NCBI RefSeq assembly: GCF_964194155.1 | Contig: NC_135887.1 | Coordinates: 29,264,001-29,328,000 of the forward strand | Length of the DNA: 64,000 bases | Direction of reading: 5' to 3' | DNA from: Cetorhinus maximus | Lineage: Eukaryota | In this document: piece by piece, positions 62,709 to 64,000 of the stretch | Position numbering within the stretch: the first letter of the stretch is position 1 | Layout: each line of letters opens with the position of its first letter | Program-made: the position numbers and the translations under genes | The notes under the pieces: generated by a model | Database searches by the model: none | What the model was told of the DNA's origin: nothing | Seen by the model: only the letters and a program-made list of their open reading frames with translations

Positions 62709-62767
62709 CATTCAAACATTGCCGATACAGCTGAATGGTCCAAACAATGTATTCCCGGCATTTGCAG
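62709..62767 (+). CDS. DTX2: DTX2 coding exon 3 (SIQTLPIQLNGPNNVFPAFAG); gene continues past the right edge
   Basis: Strong ttttttttcccag acceptor, 59 nt, phase 2/1 compatible with exon 2, GCAG|gtaata donor; ends in the Deltex PAxAG motif. Confidence 0.8.
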
Positions 62768-63961
62768 GTAATATCACCTATATTATTAATAATATTTGAC
62801 GATCAGTCAAATGACCCTTAAAGCTCCAGATTAGATGTGACTTATTAAAAGCCAAAGTGAACTTTTGATGTGGCTTCTAAAGCAAAAATGTCTTCTCAAT
62901 GCTAGGGTTTAGAAGGTCTGAGTTATAGGGCACTATTCTTTCAGTCCTTGAAATACACACCTAGTGCATAACCTAGACACGAGACAAAATCTCAATCTTC
63001 CCAGATAATTTACTGAGTACATGCGAACATGATACCAAGCCATTCAAATGAGAATGGACCCATACCCAATTACCAGTTAGTGCTAAGCTAGCTGACTCCG
63101 GCCAAGCTTGTGGTAGGGCTACTACAGTTGACTTCAGCAAATCAAGATTAGGGAATATAAATATAAATGAGAATTCCTTTTAACTCATCCTTTCAAATAA
63201 GCCGTTGTCAGCTGTCCCTTGATTCAAGGATGACTTCTAATTAAGGGTCGCAAGTTTCTGCTATGAGCCTTCATGTGACTGAACAGGGCGATTCTCAAAT
63301 AAACATACGTGCATAGATGCCGAGCAAGGCTGAGTTGTAAAACCGAGGAGCCTGTTGATGTTCATGATAAATGCCTCGTTTGCATGAGGCACCACTTAGG
63401 CCTGTGTGATTTGGTACTTTATTTTCACTGGCTCAATGAGCCTTTTGGGGAACATAGGTCTGAGTTATGTGCTAAAGTTCAGTGCCCTGTAACTCAATGG
63501 ACCTCCATTATCCATTACCATAAGTCTTATATCATGTATGGATCTGCATTGTGAAAAGGAGCAAAAGTACAAGGATGGGGAGAGAAAAGATTATCATCTG
63601 ACATAGTCAGATATGCCATCCTTAAGAGCCTAGGTGATCTCAGTCTAGTTTCCAGTGGAGGCACAGAACAGCACTGTCCTTTACCTTGCTCAAAGAAGAT
63701 AGTAAAGATCCAAAGAGTGTGGGAAATGAATAACAATGGGGCAGTAGAGTCTGCTGTCCAGAAGGTGGGAGTGAAATGCATTATTAAAGCATTATTGTGG
63801 GCACTGCACTCCAGTTTGTTCCCATTATACCTCATCTTCAGAATGCTTGAAAGTATTATTGATTACTAAGAAAAGTGTCCTGTTTTCTACAATGATGCTT
63901 TTACTTTGCAATCTCTCTACCTCCTCCTGTAAAGTTGTTTTTCATACACTTTATCCTCACT

Positions 63962-64000
63962 GATTTTTTAATTCATTCATGGGATGTGGGTGTCACTGGC
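63962..64000 (-). mobile_element. Family B LINE 3' end running off the window
   Basis: attcattcatgggatgtgggtgtcactggc. Confidence 0.8.

Noticed and set aside
58110-63170. Faint ancient SINE-like remnants near 58110, 59170, 60200 and 63030
   Set aside because: Too decayed to delimit or assign by eye; needs a profile HMM search.

Overview
AT-rich, intron-rich vertebrate genomic DNA. The repeat content (CR1, L2, Penelope-like elements, Deu-domain SINEs) suggests a shark or other elasmobranch; this is an inference. Three spliced genes are present. LRWD1 is on the minus strand (4 coding exons here, continuing off the left edge). It is head-to-head with a complete 3-exon ALKBH4 (+, 325 aa). DTX2 follows (+, first 3 coding exons, continuing off the right edge). 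Most of the rest is nested retroelement debris, and nearly all other ORFs in the track are TE fragments or spurious. Three things stand out. (1) A CR1-group LINE with no visible ORF1 has a tRNA-Thr(AGT)-like cloverleaf with A/B boxes at its 5' end, and its sense strand is almost free of TTTT Pol III terminators in all copies in the window, making it a candidate Pol III-transcribed autonomous LINE. (2) A TSD-flanked element has inverted CCAAT/TATA arms that each end in a minimal hammerhead ribozyme, with a second hammerhead-bearing Penelope-like element nested inside, just upstream of ALKBH4 exon 3. (3) The LRWD1/ALKBH4 bidirectional promoter is built from a 13-unit minisatellite of alternating NRF1-like and MYB-like modules. 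Exon boundaries were read base by base; TE boundaries are approximate unless a TSD is quoted.
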